A DNA stretch of 64,000 nt, counting the filler, from Stramenopiles sp. TOSAG23-2 (lineage: Eukaryota): the NCBI GenBank assembly GCA_900128395.1. It is 28 parts of 28 records of this genome, joined end to end, with 100 filler letters (N's around TTAATTAATTAA, not from the genome) between each part and the next. Parts side by side here need not be neighbours in the genome. Positions count along the whole stretch, not along the records: positions 34,568 to 36,756 come from LT651938.1; positions 36,857 to 39,045 come from LT651939.1; positions 39,146 to 41,333 come from LT651940.1; positions 41,434 to 43,619 come from LT651941.1; positions 43,720 to 45,904 come from LT651942.1; positions 46,005 to 48,189 come from LT651943.1; 22 more parts are not named here. One strand, 5' to 3'. Of the stretch, positions 35,112-46,773 are shown piece by piece. The notes under the pieces were generated by a model. It saw nothing but the letters and a program-made list of their open reading frames with translations. It did no database searches and was not told where the DNA came from. Numbering within the stretch: the stretch's first letter is position 1; every line of letters begins with the position of its first letter. The position numbers were made by a program, and so were the translations under genes.

Positions 35112-36039
35112 GACTATTATATGTACAGCCCTTGGCTATATTTATGGTTAACAGTAGCACAATTATCTTGTTGCAACGATATGACTTTTTTTTGTTGTTG
35201 ATACGAAGTAAAAGGAGATGTGGTGAGATACACATATGATCTCTATAGTAATTAAGATATTTAGGGTATATATTATAGCTGGATATAGTGGACAGAACTC
35301 ACATCATCATTTTTATATATTTTTTCGAACTATTATAGTTACAATAACATGTAAATAGGATTGGCTTCGGCAATACGTCACAAAAAAAAAAAGACGACGC
35401 AAGTCTCAAATTATCGAGTACGATGAAAAGTGCCCTTTGTAAATACGAAAATTAGAATACTGATATAGCTGATATTAAATAGGAGAGGAAAAAGGCAATA
35501 AAACACCTTAAACCTACCAGCTACACTCAAAAAATTGTCTGTCCTCTGGATTTATAATAGAATTTCGATAAGAAAAATCAAATATTTATTTTGCCTCCTA
35601 TGGCTATGCCAGGTATGCTAAATAGAAGAGCGGATCTATGGCTTCGTGCTATGCAAGCCTGGCAAGCTGGCCTTGGGCTGGCAAGCTGGGCAAGCCTGGC
35701 AAGGGAATACCATGGAATACCATGGAATACCATTAGAGAAAAGAGGTCTATGATATTATATGATCGTTGGCCACATCAGGTGCAGGTACATTTTTATATA
35801 TTCGTTCAAAAACAAATATGACCTAAAAAGTACATGTATATATAATATTTAATACATGAAATTTACAAATGTAGACGACAAGTGATTGCAACAAACATAC
35901 AATATATCACATCATATCAATATTTATTATTGTTTCATATTTTTTGAAACAAAAAAATTATATTATATATTATATTATATAAAAATAATTTATTACCAAC
36001 TATGTCGGATGCTCCGCAAATGCATCGGGTAGGGATAGA

Positions 36040-36555
36040 ATGCATTTTGATTTTTTTGCCTTAGACTTGCGTCCTATGAGGATTGCAATTTACAACCGGG
36101 TTCAAGAATTAAAAAAATTAATGTTCTCAAAAATTGCTGTAAACAATTTCACATTCATGCAAAAGCTTTGTGCGACCTATGAGCAAATTGGTAATAGATT
36201 AATTAAAGAACCAGCAGATATGCAAGATGATTTTCGATTAAACACTTTGTCTCCATCTTCATCAAATCGTATACGACCAAAAAGTGCAATGGCATCTGTA
36301 CGTCGTTACCCATCGCCAAAAAACGGTAGAAGCCCATCACCACCTAGGTCGGGTAGTCCAAGAAGGCGTCCTAATACAAGCACAGGACGTCGCACGAAGA
36401 AGCAAATGATTCGCCATCGACAATTAGCGTCTTCATACAATAGTTCCAGGCCTGATTGTATCCGTTGTGAAACCACAAGGTTATATATATCGATAAGGGT
36501 TTCTAGAGAGTGGGGAATTAATATCATGAGTAAATTGAAAAATAAGTGTTTATGA
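36040..36555 (+). pseudogene. Chimeric coding fragments (dynein-heavy-chain-stem-like piece joined to an S/P/R-rich piece)
   Basis: FALDLRPMR...LCATYEQIGNRLIKEPADMQD switches abruptly to a low-complexity RPKSA/RPNTS segment. Confidence 0.25.
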
Positions 36556-36856
36556 TGCATCATGAATTATACGTACTATAGATTTATAATATATGACATA
36601 ATATACGAAAAAATATTTTATAATTTACGCCTATCATACGTAATATATTTTTAAATATCGTATCATACGAGTATATATATATACGCTCGTACGAAATAAA
36701 CACCTTTACCTTCAAGACTCAGTTTCCATCTTTGTATCCATCATCAACATTGCCTCNNNNNNNNNNNNNNNNNNNNNNNNNNNNNNNNNNNNNNNNNNNN
36801 TTAATTAATTAANNNNNNNNNNNNNNNNNNNNNNNNNNNNNNNNNNNNNNNNNNNN

Positions 36857-37257
36857 AAGCATTTATATTGAATCAATTAAAACGTTTACAAGCCTCGGAG
36901 GAAGCAGCTGCAGCTGCTGCTGTTACTGATGTTTCCTTGAAAGTGGAAGGAACAGGTAAAAAAAGTTCGAATAAAATGCCTTCTAGCAGACGTTCGAGTG
37001 GATCAAGACAAAGTTTACAAGCCATGAAAGAACGCTTAGCAGCGTTAAAAGGAAATAGTACTTTTTTAAGTGATTCAAACAAAAGTGTCACAACTCGTGC
37101 TAGTATTGGAGGATCTTCGATTCCAATGCCAAAAACTAGCACATCTATGTTAGATAAAAATTTAAGAAGAAATTCTACAGATCCTAAAAGAACTTCTACA
37201 GGAACAGCTTCTGATTTTAAAGCAAGATTAAATGCATTAAGAGAAAATCGATCGTAA
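36857..37257 (+). CDS. C-terminal fragment of a Ser-rich protein
   Basis: Repeated helix MKERLAALK / FKARLNALR; open from near the contig edge. Confidence 0.5.
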
Positions 37258-37714
37258 TTACGTACGTTCGTATATTTATTTTGGAGGTGTGGTGTATGTA
37301 CAGTAAAGAAGAAGATAGAAAAAATATGAAATCAAGGGTGGGGGGAGAGAATATTGAAAAAATATACGCCGGGCATTGTTATTTATTAGTGGTATCATAT
37401 GATACCACGTGTGTATGATACGTGTGTATATTTTATACTCGGTACATATTTAATATTTATAAATATGCAAAATATTTTATAATATCATAAATGTACATCA
37501 CATATGTATTCGAAAATTATATTTTAACTCTCTCTACAACAAAAAGTATAGCTTTTATAAAAAAATATGTTCTCGTATATGAGTTTTTTGCGAGATTATA
37601 CAATACATAATACCCCGTAACCCGCTATAATTTGTATCAATGTAATATTGAGGTATTTGATACCTGAATATTTCCTCTACATTTTGATTATTATCTGGAA
37701 GTTTTTTTTTATTT

Positions 37715-38160
37715 TTATTTTTGTGCATCTTGTTGGATTTGATCTAATAATATAGTTTTTGCAGAGTTTCCTCTCCAACCATTTACACTTTCATAACCAT
37801 GGCGTCCTGCCCATGGTTTTAATCGATTCTTTTGCCAATGTCCTTTTGGTTTCGTTGGTTTACTCCATTGATCTTGCCTGTTATATAATATATATTTAAA
37901 TATTAATATATTTATGTTAGTAAATCGTTGATATAGTAATATATAGATATAAGGAATCATATATGTATATATCCACGTATATATATATATATGTATGCAT
38001 AATATACTTACAATGCTTCTGAATCCCATTTCAAGTTTCTCATGTAATAACGCCAGTTAGCTTCTCTCATGGCTGGGTTTTCTGGTTGACTCGTAGTGAT
38101 AATTAAACCAGCTAAAATGGTACCAGTTGCCATAGCACCAATTGCAGCTCTTCCACTCAT
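37715..38160 (-). CDS. Small (103 aa) single-TM protein, two exons
   Basis: Exons 38160-38012 and 37877-37715; intron 38011-37878 with GTAAGT, TACTAAC, CAG. Spliced product MSGRAAIGAMATGTILAGLIITTSQPENPAMREANWRYYMRNLKWDSEALQDQWSKP...DAQK. Confidence 0.8.
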
Positions 38161-39145
38161 ACTAATAAATATATGTGTATATATATACTATAAAAAATCC
38201 ACACACGCGCAAAAGAAAAACAGGCGGGGGTTGTAAGTCGGTCCTATATTGTAATGATAAATATACACAAACACAGAGAGAGAGACACACACACACAGAA
38301 ATATACAAATAAATGTATGATGAATTATATAGTTACATACAAAAGGTATCCCATCTTTCCATAATTTATAAATAATAATGTAAAAATCTGTGCTCATTAT
38401 TCATTTTTATTTTATTAATAACAAAAAAAAAACAACAAAACAACAACAACTTATTTTTTATTAAAAAAGGTGCTAAGCCAGGTAAGCAAATACTGTCCTT
38501 TGGTGCTTTGTTCATATATTATACTTAAAATATCATAAATAGTATACTATACGTTGCGAACATTCCCTATATCAGTGCCGGATGTTCAGATTTTCGCTCA
38601 TAGGTGCATAGCATCATAGCTCACTGCAAATAAATCGATGGGCAATAGCATCACACAGCACTCACTACGATTTTGGATATGTAAAATCTAGGCCAAAAGA
38701 TGGAGCTTAGCATGTAAATACAATTACACAATATCAGAATATTTTTCAGAATTTCCTACAGAAAACGTAGGAAATTTGGTAGTAGGTGCATAGCAGCCAA
38801 AACCAAAATGATTGCCTTAAAAAGTAAGGCGAAAATACGGAAAATCATACAACAATGGCTTTCACCATGCGAACCAAAAGACGCATTATACCGATGGGGG
38901 ACGCCAGAGGATGCTGCAGAGGTGCATTATGACTAAAAGATTCTACTAATTTTACCTCTTGGACGTTATCAAACGATGGCGCAACGTTCTAATTTCCTTC
39001 TCCATCTTCGTTTTAATCTCTCCATTCTCCTCTTTCAATAGTATGNNNNNNNNNNNNNNNNNNNNNNNNNNNNNNNNNNNNNNNNNNNNTTAATTAATTA
39101 ANNNNNNNNNNNNNNNNNNNNNNNNNNNNNNNNNNNNNNNNNNNN

Positions 39146-39305
39146 GTTGATTTTCTAATAACATTTTTAAATGTTCTATATTATTAGTCGTGTTATTATC
39201 TTTTGCATTGGTAGACGAGGAATGGTTATTATTATTATTATTATTTACATCTGACGATGCAGCACTATTTGGTACCACATCATTGCTACTATTAATTACT
39301 TCCAT
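39146..39305 (-). CDS. N-terminal fragment of an Asn-rich protein
   Basis: ATG after a (TA)n leader; open to the contig edge. Confidence 0.45.
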
Positions 39306-39886
39306 GATATATATATATATATACGAATGTATGTATATATATATATATATATATGATAAATTATTCAGGATGTGGATGATCGATTATTTATTAAGTCTTG
39401 CAATCGGAAGTATGCAAGGCATGTAAATAACACAAAACCTTTTTGTTGTCACACATATAATACGTATACATGTACATTTTTTGAATATAAATGTATAAAT
39501 TCAATAAATATTTTAGAGATTAGGGATTATTATTATTTAGTGGTGGTGGTGCGGTGGGGTTATAAAAAATCCTCGTTTGAGCTAATTAATGATACTTGAA
39601 ATGGGAATTAGAATACCAAAAAATGCGTTATGTGCCTATTATAATAAATGGTTATGGGTTATGCTGCAATTCCTTAAAATGATGTATAGCGGCATGCCCG
39701 CATGCAATGATGATACTACTAAATGAAGAGAACCACAGTGGATAAAAAATAAATAATATTTTCAAAGGCAACGTGCAAGCCCTAAGGCAAGCAAGGTACA
39801 CAAGCATATTGCATAAAAAAACAAATTCCATTCATATATTTACTGACTTATCTCATGTGCAATAGTTAAATAATAATACATATATA

Positions 39887-40273
39887 ATGGCAGATAATAA
39901 TAATGTAAGAAAACGTGTCGCTGCTAATGGAAAAGTTAATAGTTTTGAATATGAAGTTTTTGGAAAGGTTCAAAAGGTGGGATTTCGAGTAATGATGAAT
40001 AAGAAAATGAAAGAATTTAAAAATAATGACGTATCAGGTAGTGCGATAAACACAAAGGAAGGGACGGTGAAAGGTATCATGTTTGGTAACGAAGAAAATT
40101 TAGAAGAAATGAAAAATTGGTTAAAAAATGTTGGATCTCCTAGATCTAGAATTGATAAGTGTGAAATAAAAAATATACAAAAACAAGTTGAACGTGGTAT
40201 TGTTGGGTTTAAACATAATCGAAAGATCCCACTGTGTTGTTCGCCAGATAATTGTACATGCAGTATTTTGTGA
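39887..40273 (+). CDS. Acylphosphatase
   Basis: YEVFGKVQKVGFR, NTKEGTVKG, GSPRSRIDK. Confidence 0.9.
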   Translation: MADNNNVRKRVAANGKVNSFEYEVFGKVQKVGFRVMMNKKMKEFKNNDVSGSAINTKEGTVKGIMFGNEENLEEMKNWLKNVGSPRSRIDKCEIKNIQKQVERGIVGFKHNRKIPLCCSPDNCTCSIL

Positions 40274-40742
40274 TAAAAATACTTTGTATGTCTATATTTT
40301 TGACACCACGTAGAGCATATTGCATATGATATTACCTTAACCTATTATTAGTCCGCAAGTTAAAAGCAGAGAGAATTCTCTCTGTTAAAAGTTTAAAAGT
40401 TGAAAGCAAAGCAAAAAAGGAAGTTAGTATATCTTCTCTGGGGATATATATATATAAATATTATCATACTCGTATAGTCTTTTTTATTTTAATATATCAC
40501 ACATATTATTAATGCATATTTAAATATAAAAGAAGTTTTGCGCATCCTATACATTGCTACACTTTAACTTGAAGCAGACTTTTTCGCTCATAACATGCGT
40601 TTCTAAGGCCAAACATAAAGATTACCTTTTTTTTCCAGCCTCCTTCCATGCATCTCTTAACAAGTATTAGTGTTGTGTTTTTCTATTTATAGTCGTTCTT
40701 ATTAAAACAAAATTTTTCTTTTTTATATATTACTAATTTTGG

Positions 40743-41333
40743 TTACAACATTTTTAACAATTCATATGGTTGCATTTGATCATTTTTTGCTATTCTCATC
40801 AATGAACGTCCAAATTTCATGATGTGTTTTAATGATTCTTTTGCTTGCATCAAATCAGCATCGTCAGCAATTTTTACACGTATCAAAGATCTTAAATCAG
40901 TTGCATCACGTACTAATTTTCTTCTTAATGTATAAGTTAATAAACCATCAAGTTCGCTAGAACCAAACTCATTATTGTTATTTGCAGCTTGATCAGCAAC
41001 AGAAGTTTTATTATTAAATGGTAATAAATATCGCGATAAAGTACCTTGTAACATATTCAATTCTGATGCTGCTTTTTCCAAATCATTTAAAAAATTAAAC
41101 CCACGAGATGCACGTTCTAATGTGACATTCAAATCATTTTCATTTCTAATAGGTTTACGTAATAGAAATATGATTTCTCCCCATAGTCGACTTAATCTTT
41201 CACGTGTATCTTTTTTTTTTGGCAGAAAAGCTCCTGCAGTTTTTTTTGTGGTTGCGCCATCATTACTGCTGCCGCTGCTGCTACTACTACTTTTTACTAC
41301 ATTGATATTATCAATCATTGTACCTGATGAAAA
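40743..41333 (-). CDS. Hypothetical helical protein, C-terminal part
   Basis: ORF of more than 190 aa from the contig edge; no motif recognised. Confidence 0.5.
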   Translation of the reverse strand, partial: FSSGTMIDNINVVKSSSSSSGSSNDGATTKKTAGAFLPKKKDTRERLSRLWGEIIFLLRKPIRNENDLNVTLERASRGFNFLNDLEKAASELNMLQGTLSRYLLPFNNKTSVADQAANNNNEFGSSELDGLLTYTLRRKLVRDATDLRSLIRVKIADDADLMQAKESLKHIMKFGRSLMRIAKNDQMQPYELLKML

Positions 41334-41962
41334 NNNNNNNNNNNNNNNNNNNNNNNNNNNNNNNNNNNNNNNNNNNNTTAATTAATTAANNNNNNNNNNN
41401 NNNNNNNNNNNNNNNNNNNNNNNNNNNNNNNNNAATCGCCCGAACGGCACGTTTAACGCTCTACGGCACGTTTTTTACCATATACTGCTTTTCAACAAAA
41501 ATAATTATATATTTATTATAATTATTTTTTTATTATTATTAGACTACCTGGTATATTATTATTGCTATTTATTGAAAAAATCTTTCACAGTGAGTTTATT
41601 AAGGTATTATATGTATGGTGCTGTGTATATTTAATATATAAATATCATCACCAGATATAAGATATAAGGCCAGGTACCAATAATACTGTATTAGTATTCT
41701 AATTATATTTTGTTTTCTATTTTAATTCCCCCGTTAAGGTATTACGAATTACCTAGGTAGTAGTGTCGACTAAACTTGAACACCAAATCACATCATACTA
41801 TACTACTAACTACACCACCATCCACGAAAAAAATAATAATAATTTATTATAGATCCTTATATACTTTATACATGGCACCATGTAAGATATTCATAAAGAT
41901 ATATCTATTATAATTAGAATAATAGAGCAACTGTTTTAGAACAATGATTTCAACATCTGTAT

Positions 41963-43336
41963 ATGAGAATAATCCATACCTGTGTCCTTAGAAAACAAAT
42001 GAAGTCATATTCCTTGAAAGTAATAATAGTAATAATAGGCTGCTTACATGCCGTGACCGGATCTTATTGTACTGGTGGACCCAAAAAAAATGCAAAGCCA
42101 AATCTTTTTCCTATCACAACACCAAAAATTGAACATGTTGCTGATTATCATTCAAAAACAGGTGGTGGTCGTCTATTTAATGCTATTCATACGATTGGTA
42201 ATACAACATTTCCTGTGTTGCATTTATATGGATCTGGTTATGATATGGGAGTTGCTCAAGGTAATTTATTAAAAGCAAAACTTATTAAAATGTGGGATAT
42301 GTTTTTTGAATATTTACTTGCTAATACACCAGGTGGCATAAAAGAAATTGAAAAACTTTTAATTCCACTTGAACAACATAGTAAACCATATATTCCAAAA
42401 CATTTCACGGACGAATTGCAAGGTTTAGCTGATGCAACTGGCTATAACTATACAAAATTGCTATGGATTCATTTATTTCCAGAAAGTGCTGCAGGGCATT
42501 GTTCCATGTTTGGTGCTTGGGGAAAAGCAACTGCGAAAAGTTATAATAAGAAATTATTACAAATGCGAGCGTTGGATTATATTACCGCAGATTTTCTTTC
42601 GGATAATCATGCTTTAGTTGTATATCATCCATTAACAGGGGAACCATATATCAATATAGGTTTTATAGGTACAATTACCCTTGTCACTGGTGTATCAAAT
42701 GCTAAGGTCTCGTTGTCACAAATTGGTGTCTCCAATCCAGATTCTACATTTGGACCACAACGGAATGGGCAAGGAATACCATTTAATTTTCTTCTACGAG
42801 ATATTTTGCAATATCAAACAAATTTAAATGATGTTGAAAGTGCGTTGAAGGAAGCAACAAGAACAATTGATTTAATTTTAGGTTTTGGATATGGAGGTAC
42901 TATGGATGATATGAATCGTAAAGCTACACTACATGCTAACATCGACACCCCTTTTATTGGTGTACAATATGCCGCAAATCAAATACGTGTTTATGATGAT
43001 ACGAATATGTTACCTGTAAATAAAACTTGGCATCCAAAGATAGAAAATGTAGTGTATCATGGTATGGATTGGGATTGTCCCGCATGGACGTCTTTGTTAG
43101 GTAAAAAAATTCTTGAAGAAGGTTATGCAGATGGGAATCTAACAGCAGAGGGGACAATTCGATATGTGAATCCAATTGTACAGACTGGAAATCTTCATGT
43201 TGTTATTTATGAGCCAGAAAATTCTATATTTTATTTGTCTCAGTCTGTTGGAAGTAAATTTAATGGTCCTAAATATGCATATGAGCGTCCATATCTAAAA
43301 TTAAACGCAACAACATTTTTCAATGTTCAACTTTAA
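41963..43336 (+). CDS. Ntn-hydrolase, peptidase C45 / acid-ceramidase-like (Dictyostelium dcd1-like)
   Basis: Signal peptide, LHLYGSGYDMGVAQG, ELQGLADA, HCSMFGAWGKAT (N-terminal nucleophile Cys), QMRALDY, QTGNLHVVIY. Confidence 0.85.
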   Translation: MRIIHTCVLRKQMKSYSLKVIIVIIGCLHAVTGSYCTGGPKKNAKPNLFPITTPKIEHVADYHSKTGGGRLFNAIHTIGNTTFPVLHLYGSGYDMGVAQGNLLKAKLIKMWDMFFEYLLANTPGGIKEIEKLLIPLEQHSKPYIPKHFTDELQGLADATGYNYTKLLWIHLFPESAAGHCSMFGAWGKATAKSYNKKLLQMRALDYITADFLSDNHALVVYHPLTGEPYINIGFIGTITLVTGVSNAKVSLSQIGVSNPDSTFGPQRNGQGIPFNFLLRDILQYQTNLNDVESALKEATRTIDLILGFGYGGTMDDMNRKATLHANIDTPFIGVQYAANQIRVYDDTNMLPVNKTWHPKIENVVYHGMDWDCPAWTSLLGKKILEEGYADGNLTAEGTIRYVNPIVQTGNLHVVIYEPENSIFYLSQSVGSKFNGPKYAYERPYLKLNATTFFNVQL

Positions 43337-44212
43337 AAAATGATAAATGCTAAATGATGAATAAAAATACGAAATAATATTTTTTTTTTTTAATTTTTTT
43401 ACCACGACGAGTATATATTTTTATACTTCGTATATATATACGAGTACGAATTACATTTTAATTTTTAAAAAAAATTCAAAAAAATTTATTCACATATTAT
43501 ATATATGAGTAAGAGAACATTTTATATATTATATATTATAAAAAAATAATCGTTTTGCTTTAAAATGTGCATTTGGTGAGTCGTATAATGAATTGTACCC
43601 TGGTACAATTTATTCTCCGNNNNNNNNNNNNNNNNNNNNNNNNNNNNNNNNNNNNNNNNNNNNTTAATTAATTAANNNNNNNNNNNNNNNNNNNNNNNNN
43701 NNNNNNNNNNNNNNNNNNNCATATATTTTACATGAATTTCATCAGTAGTCACTTGCATAATTACGTTTTTTCTTTTTTTTTAGCAATTATATAGTTATAT
43801 ATATATATATATGTATATAACTATAACAACTATAGATAGATACGAAAAGATGTATAATTTTCTTTCTTTTTTTTATTGGTCTCCTCCTTTAATATTAAAC
43901 TTGAAATATTTGTTTTCTATACAAATGGTTTCTCATTGACTCGTCTATTTTCCTATAGCATTAATATAATCCATAATAATATATATATATAATGTATACC
44001 TGGTATACACAAACACAGTGCAAAAAGAGGCTTTTTTTTGTGAGTCCAATCTAATAAATCCTACTATAATAAAAAAAAATCCCATCACAAACATATAAAC
44101 ATATATGCCATATTAATATGTTTGAACATACTCATTACCTGAAAATAGCAAATTAAAGTTTAATTTAGTAGATACTGTAATAAAATACCGCCCTACTCTC
44201 CATTTTTTATCA

Positions 44213-44244
<32 letters not shown>

Positions 44245-44308
44245 GCTCACAAAATAGATACATACATATACACATATAATATATACAATTTATTATTATT
44301 TTTATTCA

Positions 44309-44587
44309 ATGATCCGTGATTATGCTTGGAAAGACTTAGGTGTATTTGGTGTGCCCACTTATATTATAAATGGACGTACGTTATGGGGAAGGGAACATTT
44401 AGATTATATACGACATATTTTATTTATGGAAGGATATGCAAAAATGAAAGAAAAAAATAATGATGATGATGATGTTATACGTATGATGGTATATACTAGT
44501 AGCAATCAAAAATTCTTATACGGCAAATCACTATTTTTTGAGGGAATAACAAATGGCACGGATTCATCAAGGTTGGGAAGATTATAA
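44309..44587 (+). CDS. DsbA/HCCA-isomerase (GST-kappa-like) C-terminal fragment
   Basis: LGVFGVPTYIINGRTLWGREHL; the N-terminal part is not found upstream. Confidence 0.6.
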   Translation: MIRDYAWKDLGVFGVPTYIINGRTLWGREHLDYIRHILFMEGYAKMKEKNNDDDDVIRMMVYTSSNQKFLYGKSLFFEGITNGTDSSRLGRL

Positions 44588-44801
44588 AATTGAAAAAAAA
44601 ACTTTCGCACCGACCTGTAAAATATTTAGCTATATACTGTAAAATCAAATAATCTATATATCTAGTAATTAGGTCCATTCGACTTTTTATTTTTGCTTTT
44701 TTTGTTACTACAACATAAAAAGGCCTCTCTCATTCTAAATTTTACAAGATCTAGCTACCATGCCTTAGGTAGATTCTAAATGCGGACCAATGGGACCCAA
44801 A

Positions 44802-44971
44802 TCAATGGGAACGAAATTTTATCAAAAAATGAATTTTAAAAAAGGATTTTGTGATTTCATTTTTTTAAATAAATAATCGATCGATATATTATTTTACAAA
44901 ATAAAATCGGATATTTATATGTTAAAAATATCAATAATCGGCATATTTTGATCCAATTTCGTTCCCATTGA
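44802..44971. mobile_element. MITE-like element, 170 bp, with 30-bp terminal inverted repeats
   Basis: 44802-44831 tcaatgggaacgaaattttatcaaaaaatg versus the reverse complement of 44942-44971, tcaatgggaacgaaattggatcaaaatatg (27/30, outer 17 perfect). AT-rich non-coding interior; no clear TSD. Confidence 0.65.
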
Positions 44972-46773
44972 ACTGTCCTTCAACTCTAATTTAATGCTAT
45001 TCCTATGCTAATGTTGCATGCAAATAGCACAGATTATACCGAGCCAATTACAAAGGTGTAAAAATGCATAGCTTAAGCTATATTGGATATAGGTGCTTAC
45101 ATCATTTAAGTATGACATATATGTACTGTAAGTTGTTATCATCAATATTTTTATTTTTATTTTTTATTATAATTCAGTCTATAGCACTATTCCTATACCT
45201 GGTAGTCTATTATTATTATTATTTTTGAATTTATAATATTTATCAAAATATATTATTAGTTACAAAGTTATATATAGCTAGCCCTCGATGATGATGGTGT
45301 TAGTGAAAATTCCAGAGAGATAGCTTGTATATATATTCATATTCACGTCTAGTTTGATTCATAACTTTACTGTGCTTTGTTTTAGTCGCTTTTTATTGCT
45401 TCTTCTTTAATCTACTCGTTGGTTAATTTTTAGAGAGAGAGAGAGAGAGAGAGAGAAAAAAAAAAAATACAAATTTAAACTCTTTTAAAAAGATTTTTTT
45501 TAAATTTCCTCAATCCTCCTCAATATATCCCTCTATCCTCCAAAATTTTAAATTATACTATTCAACGCGTTCAACACTATAGAGTGCACGAGTGTGCGCA
45601 CATGGAAGATGGAAAAGGGATAGAAACCTGAAAGGAACCTACTCGTGCTTGTGTTGTTTTGACAGTGGTATTTCGGTATTTCATCCTCGGCACATATGAA
45701 AGATGAAAGAAACAAAAAGAAACATGATACTTAGGAGGATTTACTCTGGTTTTGTTGTTGGATAATCACTAAATCTAATACACGTTGATCCAACTCTTAA
45801 TCAATCAATCAATCAATCGACACACAGGATATATGTACATATTGATTCTATCTATCTAAGTATATACTGTATGATCTGAAATGCCGTTAATCACTACTTA
45901 ATCANNNNNNNNNNNNNNNNNNNNNNNNNNNNNNNNNNNNNNNNNNNNTTAATTAATTAANNNNNNNNNNNNNNNNNNNNNNNNNNNNNNNNNNNNNNNN
46001 NNNNATATAGATTGTTATACTCGGTAGAATATTAATATTGGTTCCATTTCCTACGTTCACAACCTATTGCCTGCTATACCGCATCTACTGAATTTCCATG
46101 CCTTTACATTTTAAATCATGGAATGCTATATACATGCTAAAAATAAATTCGGCCACCTTTTTGAGAAAAAAAATGGCCACCTTTTTGATCTTTACCTACC
46201 CTTTGATCCTTTGATGTGTACACGTGTGTGGGACACTGTACCCTTATAATAAAATAGATATATAACATAAAATAACACTATAAAAACTTGTACATATATA
46301 ATATATTCTAAGATAAACATTATTCCTTATTTTTTATATAATTTATTTCCTTTAATTTATTTCCTTTGAAACCCCTACACATCAGGGCAGGGAATTCTAA
46401 TTTAGGGTAGTGTGCTAGTATAGAGTATAGAGTAAAATAATACCAGTATAAATAGGGAATATTAACAATAGTCGTCTATACTACCAGGTACGGATAATTT
46501 GGGATGTCCGACAGGGTTTTCGGCCATGATTTTTGAGAACGGCAAATAAAAACTGACCAAAATTTAGTAGAGCGGATCCTCTCTATAATACTGTACCAAA
46601 ATTTCACGCAGAACGCTGTCCAGCTGTTACTGTGTCGTTTATTAATTCTAATTTTCTTTTTTCAAAATTCTGGTTGTGCACTTTTGTCCAGCTGTGCTAG
46701 CTGGGCTAGCCAGCTGCTAATTAGTCTGCCGACGTGCCAACAATGTGACTATAGTAGTATAATAATACAGTAA

